This document shows, in pieces, positions 16,312 through 27,541 of a DNA stretch of 64,000 nucleotides. The notes under the pieces were generated by a model. That model ran no database searches. It had not been told where the DNA came from and saw nothing but the letters and a program-made list of their open reading frames with translations. Each line of letters opens with the position of its first letter. The stretch's first letter is position 1. Location: positions 730,847-794,846 of the forward strand of contig CBIHNF010000001.1 in NCBI GenBank assembly GCA_966211335.1, read 5' to 3'. The stretch comes from an uncultured Alphaproteobacteria bacterium (lineage in GTDB: Bacteria > Pseudomonadota > Alphaproteobacteria > Micavibrionales > UBA2020). The position numbers were made by a program, and so were the translations under genes.

Positions 16312-17142
16312 TTAATGGACGTCGTTCAGGGCGACGTTCTGCGCGGCGAATTTGTCGAGCAGGTCGGTCATCTGGCCCACCGAGCGGTCCGCCTTGTCTT
16401 TCGCGGTCGAAGCGATGGACACCTGAATCGGGAACTGGCGGATGAGCGTGGTGCCGACGACGCCGACGGTCGCGTATTTGGTGTATTCCATTTCGACGTT
16501 GGTGGAATAGCCGACCGAGACCAGCGAATCCGTGCGGTGCGCGCGCTCGTCAAAGTGATAGGCGCTGGGGTCCGCCTGCAGCGAGCGGGCGGTGATTTTA
16601 TCGTCCAGCTTCACATCGGCCTTCTTGCCGAACAGTTTGTACGACTTGACCATGTTGTCGTGGATGCTGTCGCGGTAGGCCGGCTGCTGCTTGTCGAGGT
16701 ATTCGGCGAGGGTCGCCTTGGTCCGCGGCTCCTTCGGGGTCAGCCAGCTGATGGTGCCCTGATGCATCAGCATCGCGGAGTTGGGGTCCTCACCGTTGTA
16801 GGACGGGCCCTGGTCTTCGCTCGAGGCCAGCTTCTGCAGCTTGCCGACTTCAAGGCAGTCCGCGAAGACGGCGAGCAGGATGCCGCCGCCGGAGGATTTG
16901 TTCTGCGCGCGCAGCTGCTTGATAAGCTGGCCTTCCAAGTATTGCGATTCATCGAGGAAGCACATGCCAAGCGGCGCTTCCAGCACGGTCATGCTCTGGC
17001 CGAAGGGGATGAACAGGGTGCGGCGCATCTCGTAGATGGGGTCTTGGTATTTCGCTTGCGCCGGCGCGGCGCTCAAAGCGGCCGCAAGGCAGGCGCCGAG
17101 GAGGATTTTTTTAAGACCGGAGACGTGCTTGGAATTTTTCAT
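16312..17142 (-). CDS. hypothetical secreted protein
   Basis: ATG 17142 gives MKNSKHVSGLKKILLGACLAAALSAAPAQA, a signal peptide. The track start at 17172 is a TTG overlapping the ftsK stop. Confidence 0.6.
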   Translation of the reverse strand: MKNSKHVSGLKKILLGACLAAALSAAPAQAKYQDPIYEMRRTLFIPFGQSMTVLEAPLGMCFLDESQYLEGQLIKQLRAQNKSSGGGILLAVFADCLEVGKLQKLASSEDQGPSYNGEDPNSAMLMHQGTISWLTPKEPRTKATLAEYLDKQQPAYRDSIHDNMVKSYKLFGKKADVKLDDKITARSLQADPSAYHFDERAHRTDSLVSVGYSTNVEMEYTKYATVGVVGTTLIRQFPIQVSIASTAKDKADRSVGQMTDLLDKFAAQNVALNDVH

Positions 17143-17168
17143 CGATGTACTTTCTTCGAGGTGCCGTT

Positions 17169-19610
17169 TCAAGTGCCGTAATTATCCACCAGAATTTCGC
17201 GCTTGCCCACATGGTTAGCGGTGCTGACGAGGCCTTCCTTCTCCATCCGCTCCACGATACGCGCGGCGCGGTTGTAGCCGATCTGCAGGTGGCGCTGGAT
17301 GAAGGAGGTGGAAATCTTCCGCTCCCTCAAGACAACCGCGACCGCCTGATCGTAAAGGTCGTCGCCGCTGCCTTCGCCGTCACCGCTGCCGCCGGGAAGG
17401 CCGAATCCGCCTTCTTCTTCGTCGCCTTCGGTGACCCCATCAATGTAATTCGGAACGCCCTGACCGCGCAAGAAGCTGACGATCTTCTGCACCTCATCGT
17501 CGCCGACAAAGGGCCCATGGACTCTGGTAATACGCCCGCCGGAGGCCATATACAGCATATCACCCTGTCCCAGCAGCTGTTCGGCACCGCCTTCCCCTAA
17601 TATGGTGCGGCTGTCGATCTTGGAGGTGACCTGGAAGGAGATGCGGGTCGGGAAGTTTGCCTTAATCACGCCCGTGATGACGTCAACGGACGGCCGCTGC
17701 GTCGCCATGATGAGGTGAATGCCGGCCGCCCGCGCCATCTGCGCCAGACGCTGGATCGCGTTTTCGACTTCCTTGCCGGCGACCAGCATGAGGTCAGCGA
17801 ATTCATCGACGACGATGACGATATAGGGCAGGTCGGTCAGCGGGATCGGCTGTTCTTCATACACGGGCTTGCCGGTGTCGGAATCAAAGCCGGTCTGGAT
17901 CTTGTGCATCAGCACGTCGCCGTTGGCCTTCGCCGTGCGCACGCGCTCGTTAAAGCCGTCGATGTTGCGAACGCCGAGCTTCGACATCGCGCGGTAACGG
18001 TCTTCCATCTCCCGCACGGCCCATTTGAGGGCGGTGACAGCCTTATGCGCTTCCGTCACGACGGGGGTGAGCAGATGCGGAATATCATCATAGACCGAAA
18101 GCTCCAGCATCTTCGGGTCGATCATGATGAAGCGGCACTGCTCCGGCGACAGTTTGTAGAGCAGCGACAAAATCATCGTGTTCATAGCGACCGATTTGCC
18201 CGAGCCCGTGGTCCCCGCGACGAGCAGGTGGGGCATTTTGGCAAGGTCGGCAATCACGGGCTCGCCTGCGATATTTTTGCCAAGCACCAGCGGCAGCTTC
18301 GGCGTCGCTTTCTCATAGTCGCGGGAGCCGAGGAGTTCTTTGAGGTAAATCGTCTCGCGCTTCGCGTTCGGCAGTTCAATGCCAATCGCGTTCTTGCCGG
18401 GGACGACGGCGATACGCGCCGAAATCGCTGACATCGAGCGGGCGATATCGTCTGACAGCCCGATGACGCGGGAGGTCTTGGTGCCGGGCGCGGGCTCCAT
18501 TTCATACAGCGTGACGATGGGGCCGGGGCTGACTTTGAGAATGTCACCCTGCACGCCGAAATCGCCCAAGGTGGTCTGCAGCATTTCGGCGTTCTTTTGC
18601 AGCGCCGATTCATCAAGGCGCACCAATTGCGCATGCGGGCGGTCCAGCAGCAGGTCGACATGCGGGAACTGCCATTCTTCATCGGCGGCGCGCAAATTCA
18701 GCTTTTTCTGCTTGTCTTCCTTTTTGGGCTCGGGCTTGGATTTTTCAAGGCGCGGCGTCACCACGGGCTTGCGGCGCGGCGCGGCGAGGGTTTCATCACC
18801 GGCGCTATCATTTACTTCTTCCGGTGCGGTGTCTTCATTCACGCTGAGGCGGATGCGGCGGGGGCGCGGTGCCGCCGCCTCTTCCTCCACCGGCTGACCG
18901 GTGTATTTCGCGTGCCAGGCGCGGAAGGTGGAAATGAAGAAGCCGGTTTTTTCCGCCGCGACGCGCGAGACGGCATGCGTCGTGCGAATGCCGGTGCCCC
19001 ATTCCGCAAGGCTGATGCCCAGCGACATGAGGTAGGAGATAGAGAACATCACCGCCGCCGAAATCGCAACGAACAGGAAAGCCATGGTGCCGAGCCAGCC
19101 CTGCAGATGGTTGCCGATGCCGGCGAAAATCAGCGCACCCGCGCTGCCGCCCATGTAGGAACCGATGCCGAGCGAATGCGGGGAAGGGATGCGCGCCAGG
19201 GCAATCGCGCCGAACAGCACCGCGAAAATCAGCGCCGGCAGGCGGAAGCCGAAGGAGGGCACGGGTTTGCGCTTAATAATGCGCCAGCCCCAGACGATGA
19301 AAGCCGTCGCCAGCAGGTAGGACGCAAAGCCGAGCGTCTGCAGCAGAATATCGGCGCTGTAAGCGCCCGTGCGGCCGAAAATATTATGCACGGTGTCGGA
19401 GGAGCCGGCCGTGTTGAAGGACGGGTCTTGCGCATTGTAAGTCGCAAGCGAGAGGAACAGCGCTGCGCCGAAAGCGGCAAAACCGGCGCCGCCCAAGTCT
19501 GTCAGGCGGTGGGCGATAAAGCTTTGCATGTAGGCGGGCAGCAATGGCTGCTTGGCGTGACGCGAACGCGAGTTCATTTTGCGCGTGCCGGCGCGTGACA
19601 GAATACCCAT
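17169..19610 (-). CDS. ftsK: DNA translocase FtsK
   Basis: 813 aa. N-terminal TM helices, Walker A GTTGSGKS, C-terminal gamma wHTH. GGAGG RBS. Confidence 0.95.
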   Translation of the reverse strand: MGILSRAGTRKMNSRSRHAKQPLLPAYMQSFIAHRLTDLGGAGFAAFGAALFLSLATYNAQDPSFNTAGSSDTVHNIFGRTGAYSADILLQTLGFASYLLATAFIVWGWRIIKRKPVPSFGFRLPALIFAVLFGAIALARIPSPHSLGIGSYMGGSAGALIFAGIGNHLQGWLGTMAFLFVAISAAVMFSISYLMSLGISLAEWGTGIRTTHAVSRVAAEKTGFFISTFRAWHAKYTGQPVEEEAAAPRPRRIRLSVNEDTAPEEVNDSAGDETLAAPRRKPVVTPRLEKSKPEPKKEDKQKKLNLRAADEEWQFPHVDLLLDRPHAQLVRLDESALQKNAEMLQTTLGDFGVQGDILKVSPGPIVTLYEMEPAPGTKTSRVIGLSDDIARSMSAISARIAVVPGKNAIGIELPNAKRETIYLKELLGSRDYEKATPKLPLVLGKNIAGEPVIADLAKMPHLLVAGTTGSGKSVAMNTMILSLLYKLSPEQCRFIMIDPKMLELSVYDDIPHLLTPVVTEAHKAVTALKWAVREMEDRYRAMSKLGVRNIDGFNERVRTAKANGDVLMHKIQTGFDSDTGKPVYEEQPIPLTDLPYIVIVVDEFADLMLVAGKEVENAIQRLAQMARAAGIHLIMATQRPSVDVITGVIKANFPTRISFQVTSKIDSRTILGEGGAEQLLGQGDMLYMASGGRITRVHGPFVGDDEVQKIVSFLRGQGVPNYIDGVTEGDEEEGGFGLPGGSGDGEGSGDDLYDQAVAVVLRERKISTSFIQRHLQIGYNRAARIVERMEKEGLVSTANHVGKREILVDNYGT

Positions 19611-19769
19611 GAAACCTCCGCCGGTTTAATGCAACCGGCATAACAGCTAAACCCTAGTAACCCAAAAACCAGTCTAGCAAACCGCGGCCCGATTTGGCCA
19701 TACGAAAGCAGGGCGCGAAGGGGCTTCGCGCGCAGTTTGAATCAATATTTCAGGGTTTCGGGAAGAAGC

Positions 19770-19967
19770 TTACTTCTTCTTGTTCTCTTCGGCGCCGAGG
19801 TCGAGGATGCCGTTCGGGTCTTTCTCAACCAGATCAGCGACTTGATCATAGACCGAGGCGTTGTCGTTCATCTGCTCGCGCAGGGGCTCGTTCTGCGCGC
19901 CCACATTGCGGAAGAAGGTCGCGGCATCGCGGAGAAGCTTGGCGGCAAGGTGCGCGTAGGTGGCCAT
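19770..19967 (-). CDS. small hypothetical protein (65 aa)
   Basis: Start set at ATG 19967 (MATYAHLAAKLL...). GC3-rich codons. Weak RBS. Confidence 0.4.
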   Translation of the reverse strand: MATYAHLAAKLLRDAATFFRNVGAQNEPLREQMNDNASVYDQVADLVEKDPNGILDLGAEENKKK

Positions 19968-20061
19968 TTCGGTTGCCCTATCAATCGGTTGAGAACTGCA
20001 TGGAAAAATAGCACGGCTTTTTGATCGCCGCATTGGTTAAATTTATTGCCATAAGTTGTGG

Positions 20062-20901
20062 TTATTTCCGGAATGCGTGGGAGGGGTAGGTGCCGAGCAT
20101 GCGGATATCGGCCGCATAGAACTGCAGCTCGTCAATCGCGTGCTGGAAGCCGGTTTCATCGGGGTGGCTTTCAAATTCGCAGTAGAAGAGGGCGGACTGG
20201 AATTTATTCCCCTCAAGGTAGCTTTCAAGCTTCAGAATGTTGATGCCATTGGTGGCAAAGCCGCCGAGCGCCTTGTAGAGCGCGGCCGGAATGTTGCGCA
20301 CCTTGAAGAGGAGGGAGGTGATATAAACCTCGTCCTTTTTCTTCGCCGGCGTCTTGGCGGTTTTAGCGAGCACGATAAAGCGCGTCGTATTGCCGGCTTC
20401 ATCCTCGATATTTTTTTTGAGAATTTTCAGGCCGTAGAGTTCGGCCGACAGCTCCGATGCAATCGCCGCATGGGTGACGTCTTTTTCCTCGGCGACTTTC
20501 ACGGCGGAACCTGCGGTATCTTCAAACACCACGGGTTTTAAACCCAGCTCGGCAATAAGTTTCCGGCACTGCGGCAGCGCATGTACATGGCTGTAGACCG
20601 TTTTGATGTCGGAAATTTTGGAGCCTGGCACGCCGAGCAGGCAATGATGCACGGGAATAAAATGCTCGCCGACAATCGACAGTTTTGATCGCGGCAGCAG
20701 GTGGTGAATATCGGCGACGCGCCCCGCGATGGAGTTGTCGATGGGAATCATCGCGTAATCTGCCTTGCCGGTCTCGACTGCCTTGAACGCATCCGCAAAG
20801 GAAGGGCAGGGCAGTGGCTCCAGCTTCGGAAAGGCGGTCAAACACGCCATATGCGAATAAGCGCCGGGGCGGCCCTGAAAGGCGATTTTATCGGTCATCA
20901 T
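20062..20901 (-). CDS. pheA: prephenate dehydratase
   Basis: 279 aa. [14 protein letters not shown]-terminus, PDT domain plus C-terminal ACT. ATGA overlap with kdsB. Confidence 0.9.
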   Translation of the reverse strand: MMTDKIAFQGRPGAYSHMACLTAFPKLEPLPCPSFADAFKAVETGKADYAMIPIDNSIAGRVADIHHLLPRSKLSIVGEHFIPVHHCLLGVPGSKISDIKTVYSHVHALPQCRKLIAELGLKPVVFEDTAGSAVKVAEEKDVTHAAIASELSAELYGLKILKKNIEDEAGNTTRFIVLAKTAKTPAKKKDEVYITSLLFKVRNIPAALYKALGGFATNGINILKLESYLEGNKFQSALFYCEFESHPDETGFQHAIDELQFYAADIRMLGTYPSHAFRK

Positions 20902-21650
20902 TTTTGTCCTAGGGTATGGCGCGCGGCTTCAAGGTCTTCCGGTGTGTCGACGCCGAGCGGGACGGTATCGACGACGGCGATATCGATGCGCATGCCGAGT
21001 GCCAAAGCGCGTAGCTGCTCCAGCTTTTCGCGTTTTTCGAGGGCGGAAGGCGGTGACGCAACAAATTTTTCCAAGGCTGCGCGTTTATAGGTGTACAGGC
21101 CGATGTGGTGCAGCAAAGGTCCGTCGCCCGATGGCGCGGTGGTGCGCGAGAAATACAGCGCGCGGCCTTGCCGTTCATTTTTAGCAAAATCAATTTCGGC
21201 AATCGCCTTCACGACGTTGGGGTTGGTTTTTTCCGCGTCCTTCGTGATGATGCAGCCGAGCGTGCCGATATCCGTTGCGGGGTTATCCAGCAGCGCGAAA
21301 GCCGTTTTGATCAGCTTCGGATCCAGCGTCGGCAAATCGCCCTGTACGTTGATGACGGCGTCATGTTCGCCTTTCGCATCCAGGGTTTTCAGCGCTGCGA
21401 GAATGCGGTCGGAGCCCGAGGGCAAATTCGGGTCCGTCAGCACCGCTTCGCCGCCCGCTTTTTCGACCGCGGCTTTAATTTCCGCTTCCGCGCAGGCAAT
21501 CACGACGCGGCCGAGTTTGGCCTCTTCCGCGCGGCGCAGCACATGCACAATCATCGGCAGGCCATGGATATCCGCCAGCGGCTTGTTCGGCAGCCGCGTC
21601 GACGCCATCCGCGCCGGAATCATGACGATGGGGTTTTTAGGGGACGACAT
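20898..21650 (-). CDS. kdsB: 3-deoxy-manno-octulosonate cytidylyltransferase
   Basis: 250 aa. [15 protein letters not shown] motif. Confidence 0.9.
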   Translation of the reverse strand: MSSPKNPIVMIPARMASTRLPNKPLADIHGLPMIVHVLRRAEEAKLGRVVIACAEAEIKAAVEKAGGEAVLTDPNLPSGSDRILAALKTLDAKGEHDAVINVQGDLPTLDPKLIKTAFALLDNPATDIGTLGCIITKDAEKTNPNVVKAIAEIDFAKNERQGRALYFSRTTAPSGDGPLLHHIGLYTYKRAALEKFVASPPSALEKREKLEQLRALALGMRIDIAVVDTVPLGVDTPEDLEAARHTLGQK

Positions 21651-21652
21651 GC

Positions 21653-22057
21653 TTAAACAACCGTCAGCGTCACAGGCACGTTGTTGCGGGTGGCTTTGGA
21701 ATAGGGGCAGATTTGATGCGCTTCCTCGACAAGGGCGGTGAGTTTATCTTTATCGGCGCCGGGCAGGCTGACTTTCAGCTCGGCCTTCAGCGCGAAGCTG
21801 GTTGCATCTTTATCGAGCGTGACGGCGCAGGTGACGCGCGCGGCCGAACCATCCAGCCCATGTTTTTTTGCCAGCAGCAAAATGGCCGAGCCGAAGCAGG
21901 ACGACCAGCCGAGGGCGAAGAGCTGTTCAGGGTTATGCCCCTCGCCGGAGCCGCCGATATCCTTCGGCAGCGCCATGGCCAGCGCAAGGCCGCCGTTTTC
22001 AAGAACCGCGCGGCCATCGCGGCCGCCTTTGGTGGTTGCCTGGGTGGTGTAAGCCAT
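21653..22057 (-). CDS. ohr: OsmC/Ohr-family peroxiredoxin (organic hydroperoxide resistance-like)
   Basis: Start set at ATG 22057, which has an AAGGAG RBS. Conserved Cys contexts GWSSCF and HQICPYS. Confidence 0.8.
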   Translation of the reverse strand: MAYTTQATTKGGRDGRAVLENGGLALAMALPKDIGGSGEGHNPEQLFALGWSSCFGSAILLLAKKHGLDGSAARVTCAVTLDKDATSFALKAELKVSLPGADKDKLTALVEEAHQICPYSKATRNNVPVTLTVV

Positions 22058-22281
22058 GATGGAGCTCCTTAAGATATGTTGAGAATGAATTTCAGCGTCA
22101 TCATTGGGAAATTCGCCGTGCTTGGCAAGGAAAAGCCGCCCGCCCACAATGCGTGGCTCGCCTATCTTGAATTATGAAAACCTGTAAAAAGATTCCAGTT
22201 GGCCTCGCTGTTGCGCTGCCGTAAAACAAAGCTGTAAACAGCCGTTTACGTTTGGGTTGCCATAACAGCAAGAAAACAGCC

Positions 22282-24222
22282 ATGCAGTCCGCTTCCTCCT
22301 CCGCCTCCACTGATAGTCACGCAGCTGATGGCCATGGCCACGGGCATGATGATTCAAAACTGATGTCCCTCACCGTCGGCGCCATCGGCGTCGTTTACGG
22401 CGACGTCGGCACCAGCCCGCTTTACGCGTTTCGCGAGGCGCTGCACTCCATCACCGAAGGCGGCACGGTCGCCATCGGCCAGCCCGAAGTTTTCGGCCTG
22501 CTTTCCCTCATCCTTTGGTCGATGACTCTGATCATCACCTTAAAGTACGTCTCTTTCCTTCTCCGCATCGACAACAGAGGCGAGGGCGGCACGCTCGCGC
22601 TCATGGCACTTGCGCGCTCGGTCATCTACCGCAACACCATCGGCTTCCTCTTCCTCGGCATGGCGGGCGCGGCGCTGTTCTATGGCGACGCCATTATTAC
22701 CCCCGCCATCTCCGTCCTCTCTGCCATTGAGGGTGTGGAAGTTGTGGCGCCACACTTCGGCCCTTATATTATCCCGACGACTCTTGTCATCATCCTCGGC
22801 CTTTTCACCTTCCAGTCGAAGGGCACGGAAAAAGTATCCACCTTCTTCGGCCCTATCATGGTCTTGTGGTTTGCCGTTCTTGGCATCACAGGCGTGAAGC
22901 ACCTGATCCAGATGCCGAGCGTGATTTTGTCCGCCAACCCGATTTACGCGATCCAGTTCATGATCACGCATGGCAAGCTCGCCATGGTCGCGGTCGGCTC
23001 CGTCTTCCTCTGCGTCACGGGCGCGGAAGCGCTTTATGCCGACCTTGGCCACTTCGGCCGCAAGCCGGTGCAGATGGCATGGCTCTGCTTCATCTTCCCC
23101 TGCCTCGCACTGAACTACTTAGGCCAAGGCGCGATGGTCCTGCTCGACCCCTCGACCATGGATAACCCGTTCTTTAAGCTCGTCTCCGACACCTGGCAGA
23201 TCCCCTTCGTACTGCTGGCGACCTGCGCCACCATCATTGCCAGCCAGGCGGTTATCACCGGCGCGTATTCGCTCACACGTCAGGCGGTTAACCTTGGCCT
23301 GCTGCCGCGCATGAAGATTTTGCACACGTCCGAACATTCGGGGCAGGTTTATATGCCGCAGGTGAACTACATCCTGATGGTTGGCGTCATCATCCTCGTC
23401 CTGCTGTTCAAAACCTCCACCAACCTTGCCGCCACCTACGGCATTTCGGTCACGGGCGCGATGTGCGTGGACGCCATCATGGGTTTCTTCGTCGTCTGGC
23501 AGATCCGCGAATGGTCGCTGTGGAAGACAATTGCTATTTTCGGCACCTTCCTGTTTGTCGACCTCGTCTTCCTCGGCTGTAACCTGATGAAGCTGTTTTC
23601 GGGCGGCTGGGTTCCGCTCGCCATGGCCTCGGTCATGATGGCGATCATGACGACCTGGATTCAGGGCACCTTCATCCTCACCTCCCGCGCGCGCAAACGC
23701 GAAGTGAAGGTCGACAAGTTCATCGAGGAATATAAAACCCGCCACGGCGACCTGAAGCGCGTCAAGGGCTCCGCCTTCTTCTTCGCGGGCGACCCCAACC
23801 ATGCGCCGACATCGCTTATGCAGAACATCCGCCACAACAAGGTTCTGCATGAAAAGAACATCATTTTGTCGGTGAAGATCGAGCCGTTCCCGCATGTGGA
23901 GCCGGAACACCGCGCGCTGGTCCAGCACCTCAACCATGAATTCAGCGTCGTCGTGCTGCGCTTCGGGTTTAAAGACCATCCGGACGTTCAGGAAGAACTT
24001 ATCAAGCTTAATCGCAAGGACGGCAACGGCATTCATTTCGACTGGGAAGATACGTCGCTGTTCCTCTCCCGCCGCTCCATCAAGTCACACCCGAAATACG
24101 GCCTGCCAGGCTGGCAGGACCTGATTTACATCTGGCTGTCGAAACACGCGGCGGAGCCGACCGACTTCTATAAACTGCCCGTCGGCCGCGTCATCGAAAT
24201 CGGCCGGCACGTCATTATCTAA
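22282..24222 (+). CDS. kup: KUP-family potassium uptake transporter
   Basis: GVVYGDVGTSPLY signature and about 12 TM helices. ATG 22282 preferred over the track's TTG 22252. Confidence 0.92.
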   Translation: MQSASSSASTDSHAADGHGHGHDDSKLMSLTVGAIGVVYGDVGTSPLYAFREALHSITEGGTVAIGQPEVFGLLSLILWSMTLIITLKYVSFLLRIDNRGEGGTLALMALARSVIYRNTIGFLFLGMAGAALFYGDAIITPAISVLSAIEGVEVVAPHFGPYIIPTTLVIILGLFTFQSKGTEKVSTFFGPIMVLWFAVLGITGVKHLIQMPSVILSANPIYAIQFMITHGKLAMVAVGSVFLCVTGAEALYADLGHFGRKPVQMAWLCFIFPCLALNYLGQGAMVLLDPSTMDNPFFKLVSDTWQIPFVLLATCATIIASQAVITGAYSLTRQAVNLGLLPRMKILHTSEHSGQVYMPQVNYILMVGVIILVLLFKTSTNLAATYGISVTGAMCVDAIMGFFVVWQIREWSLWKTIAIFGTFLFVDLVFLGCNLMKLFSGGWVPLAMASVMMAIMTTWIQGTFILTSRARKREVKVDKFIEEYKTRHGDLKRVKGSAFFFAGDPNHAPTSLMQNIRHNKVLHEKNIILSVKIEPFPHVEPEHRALVQHLNHEFSVVVLRFGFKDHPDVQEELIKLNRKDGNGIHFDWEDTSLFLSRRSIKSHPKYGLPGWQDLIYIWLSKHAAEPTDFYKLPVGRVIEIGRHVII

Positions 24223-24974
24223 TGAAGCGCGTTCTTCATATCTCTCGCCGCGCGGCGCGGGTCTGCGCCGGCGTTGCGGTTGCGGGCGCCCTTTATTACT
24301 TCGTCTCCAGCGGCTATGAAGACGGCAAGCGGCAGTCGCAGGAACAGCAGCTGCGCGAAACCCCCGTCTATGCGCAGCTGAAAGCGCAAGCGGCCGAACT
24401 TGATGAAAACGCCATGACGCTGAAGATTGATGAAGCCATCGGAAATATGAAGGACAAGCAGACCGGCGATGCGATCATCCAGTACCTCGAGGATGACAGC
24501 TACGACCACGGCGACGACGCGCGGCTGAAAACCAGCTATTTCGCGCGGCTTGCGGATTTATACATTTCCGAAGCGCGCGGCTTTTCGGCCGAGGCCGATA
24601 AGGCGACGGCCTACCGCAAAGGCCTCGGCGCCCTGCTGACGCTGGAAGCGCTGGCAAGGGCGGATGCGCTGCGCTGTAAAGACACCACGGCCTTCAACGG
24701 CTTTGCCGAAGATGTGCTGAACCCGCGCTATCTTGCGCTGCAGCCGGGCTTTAAATATGTGGGCGACAGCAATGCCTCCCGCCTCGTCAACGATGCCTTC
24801 GCTTTTGAAATGTCGCATAGCCATCGCGCGCCAAACGCCGCCGTCTGCAAGCGCGGCGCGGAAGAAACGCCGCAATATATCGAACCCGATTTGTGGCAGG
24901 CCAAGCGCATTGCCCTGCAGGCAGGCCTGCGCGACGCGCTGAACGCGCGCCTCGCGTCTATTTCAAAACGGTAA
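24222..24974 (+). CDS. hypothetical membrane-anchored protein
   Basis: TAATG overlap with the kup stop. N-terminal TM helix VCAGVAVAGALYYFV. Confidence 0.55.
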   Translation: MKRVLHISRRAARVCAGVAVAGALYYFVSSGYEDGKRQSQEQQLRETPVYAQLKAQAAELDENAMTLKIDEAIGNMKDKQTGDAIIQYLEDDSYDHGDDARLKTSYFARLADLYISEARGFSAEADKATAYRKGLGALLTLEALARADALRCKDTTAFNGFAEDVLNPRYLALQPGFKYVGDSNASRLVNDAFAFEMSHSHRAPNAAVCKRGAEETPQYIEPDLWQAKRIALQAGLRDALNARLASISKR

Positions 24975-24987
24975 CTTGAAAAAAAAA

Positions 24988-25569
24988 TCAGCGGCCCGGC
25001 GGTTTTTGCGTCGCGGGGTTTTGCTGGACCATCTTCGGCGCCTCGAAAGGCTTCACGAACTGCTGCCACTTGTTCTGCAGCGCCGCGATGGCGAGATGGG
25101 TGGAGGAAAGATTTTTGGTATCTTTGTCCTGCGCCGAGGCGATAAGACCGACACCCCAGTTGCAATTGCCGAATTTGTCGGTCGCATTCGCGGCCTTGGC
25201 GAGCGCCGCCACCGCCTGACCGCGGCCTTGCGGTTTGGATGCCGCCGCTTTCAAAATCGCGTCAACAACGGGTGCCGCCGCCTTGTAGGTGACATGGCCG
25301 GAGCGGTCGCTGTTATTGATCTGCACGGATTCCAGCTTGCCCTTGTCGTCATAGGTCATGCGCGCCGGCGCGAAATTGGGATCGCCGAGGCCGAACATAA
25401 GGTTCACTTTGCCGTTTTCAACAAGAATGCCGACCGAAGGATTTTTCTGCGAGGAGGACTGCAGCCGCCCAATGCTCTGGATGTGCTTCGAGCCCGCAAC
25501 GCCGGCCAGATCATCCGCGCCAATGCGTTTTAGGTGTTCGCTGATATCGGAGGTCTGTGGCTGCGGCAT
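24988..25569 (-). CDS. hypothetical protein
   Basis: Start set at ATG 25569, which has an AAGGA RBS. GC3-rich codons. Confidence 0.55.
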   Translation of the reverse strand: MPQPQTSDISEHLKRIGADDLAGVAGSKHIQSIGRLQSSSQKNPSVGILVENGKVNLMFGLGDPNFAPARMTYDDKGKLESVQINNSDRSGHVTYKAAAPVVDAILKAAASKPQGRGQAVAALAKAANATDKFGNCNWGVGLIASAQDKDTKNLSSTHLAIAALQNKWQQFVKPFEAPKMVQQNPATQKPPGR

Positions 25570-25665
25570 ATCGGAATCCTTCAAAAAATGCTGATGAGGC
25601 AAAGGATAAAGCAAATTCGTTAAGAACGGGTTATTGACATATAAATAGTCATTTACCTTACGTTC

Positions 25666-27396
25666 TCAAGGCGATGGCGTCCGGCGGAGACGCGATGCGC
25701 GCGGCAGGGCGGGCAGTGCTTCGATGCCGAAGGTTTTTGCTGTCTCCGCATCGATGCCGCGCAGCTTTTCGGCGGACTCCAGGCGGAGGGTTTTCAAGGC
25801 ATCGGTTTCCGTCGGTACGGCACCCTGCGTTGCGAGGAAGTTCATCACTTCCGCCAGCGGCTTGAGGCCCGCGAAATCCGCCTTGAAGAAATTATAGCCT
25901 GCGGCGGATTGCAGCAAGGCTGTCGGCGCATCGGCGACCTCTTGCGTATAGGGCACGGCGTGCTCATCGTGCAGATAGCGCATGAAGTCTACCGCCTCTG
26001 CACCTGAAACGTTGCGTTCCATCGGAAATCCCCTACCGTAAAAAACCGGCGTCAGCAGCTTGATCATCAGCGAAGCATCGGGCAGCGCACCCGCCTCGAT
26101 CAGGATTTTCGCAAGGTCAAGGTTGCCGTTCTCGACCGCCATCTGCACGGGCGTGCCGGCGGGGCCTTTGGAGGTGAAATCATAACCATTGTCGATCAGG
26201 TAGTGCAGCATGGCGGGATAACCGTCTTCAGCGCCCATGGCAGCCGCACGTTGGCGTCGGCCGCTCGCGACAACCGCATGGACGAAGGAGCGGAGGTTAT
26301 TCCCCGCCGTTTGCGTTTTGTCGAGCCCTTGCGACTCCAGCCATTTAAAGGCGTCAAGATCGGCGCGGCAGGCGGCGTTGCCGCCGGCGCTATTATCGAA
26401 TTTTTTTGCGTTCACATCGGGTGCATAGGGGCGCAGGACTTTCAGCGTCTCCAGCGTCGGCCCCTGCGGGTCATGGTCGCCGGCATCGACAAAATGCGAG
26501 GCGTCGGGCCGTGCGCCCAGCTCAATCAGGCGGGGGATAAGGTCGTAAACGTTATGCAGCGATGCCTGACGCAGCGTCATATCGCTGTGGATTTTGTCGT
26601 TGTCTTTTGCCTGTGCAGCCACGGCTTCGAACAACTCTCGGCGCTGTTCGGGTGTAAAGGGCGCGGCGTTGTTTTTGTGGCCGATCTCTTCATGGCGCGA
26701 CATCAGCACCCAGTCGAGCGGCAGGAACTTGCCGGGATATTCATCGTAGACATGGGCGGGGTTCATGCCGCTGGTCACGAAGTCCAGCACCTTTTCAAAC
26801 GGTGCTGATTTGATGATCTCGAGGAAAACAGCCGGGCGGTAGTCGACGGTTTCAATCAACCTCTGCAGCACAGGTGCAGCCTGCGCGGCGGGGATGCGGA
26901 AAGATGAATCAAGGTGATTTGCCAGTTTTCCCTCGACGTCTGCCATGGTTGCGGCGGGGCCATTCTGTATCATGGCAAGGCTGATACCGCCGGCTCCGGA
27001 ATTTTCCTCCGCCTCGACGAAGTAGCCGGCGTCGGTCGCCGATACCTTGAAGTTCATCAGTTGCTTGCCGTCCTGCAGCAGCTGCACCTTCGCGCCCGTG
27101 ACGTTGAAGTCCCAGACATCGTCAGGAACATCTTCCATGATTTGCTCGGCGCTCAGCTTTAGCGGCACTTTCATTTTTTCCAGCGCGAAGCTGAGCTGGT
27201 AGACCTCGTTGACGAAGTTCGCCAGTAGATCTGTCTTTAGCGCTTTCGGCGTCATTCCCGCCCGCTCGGCGTCACGTTCTGGCAACGTGGGTGTAATGGG
27301 GTCGGCTTTCACGCCTTCCGCCAGCAATTCTTTGGCCGTATCCGCATCGGGAATACGCGCGGCAATTTTCTCGAACAACGCGGAGAAGACAGTCAT
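25666..27396 (-). CDS. ankyrin-repeat protein (576 aa)
   Basis: ANK-type repeats in the C-terminal half (e.g. TPVQMAVENGNLDLAKILIEAGALPD, YPAMLHYLIDNGYDF). Confidence 0.7.
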   Translation of the reverse strand: MTVFSALFEKIAARIPDADTAKELLAEGVKADPITPTLPERDAERAGMTPKALKTDLLANFVNEVYQLSFALEKMKVPLKLSAEQIMEDVPDDVWDFNVTGAKVQLLQDGKQLMNFKVSATDAGYFVEAEENSGAGGISLAMIQNGPAATMADVEGKLANHLDSSFRIPAAQAAPVLQRLIETVDYRPAVFLEIIKSAPFEKVLDFVTSGMNPAHVYDEYPGKFLPLDWVLMSRHEEIGHKNNAAPFTPEQRRELFEAVAAQAKDNDKIHSDMTLRQASLHNVYDLIPRLIELGARPDASHFVDAGDHDPQGPTLETLKVLRPYAPDVNAKKFDNSAGGNAACRADLDAFKWLESQGLDKTQTAGNNLRSFVHAVVASGRRQRAAAMGAEDGYPAMLHYLIDNGYDFTSKGPAGTPVQMAVENGNLDLAKILIEAGALPDASLMIKLLTPVFYGRGFPMERNVSGAEAVDFMRYLHDEHAVPYTQEVADAPTALLQSAAGYNFFKADFAGLKPLAEVMNFLATQGAVPTETDALKTLRLESAEKLRGIDAETAKTFGIEALPALPRASRLRRTPSP

Positions 27397-27541
27397 TACA
27401 CACCTGATTTTTTGTTTTTATCGTTTTTGCAGTTTAACATAACTATCACTGCGCGGCGTGGATTGTCAAATGCGATGCAGCCATGGAATGCACAACGCAA
27501 CAGTGTTGCGCGATGGCTGAAATTGGTTTTTTGGGGGGAAG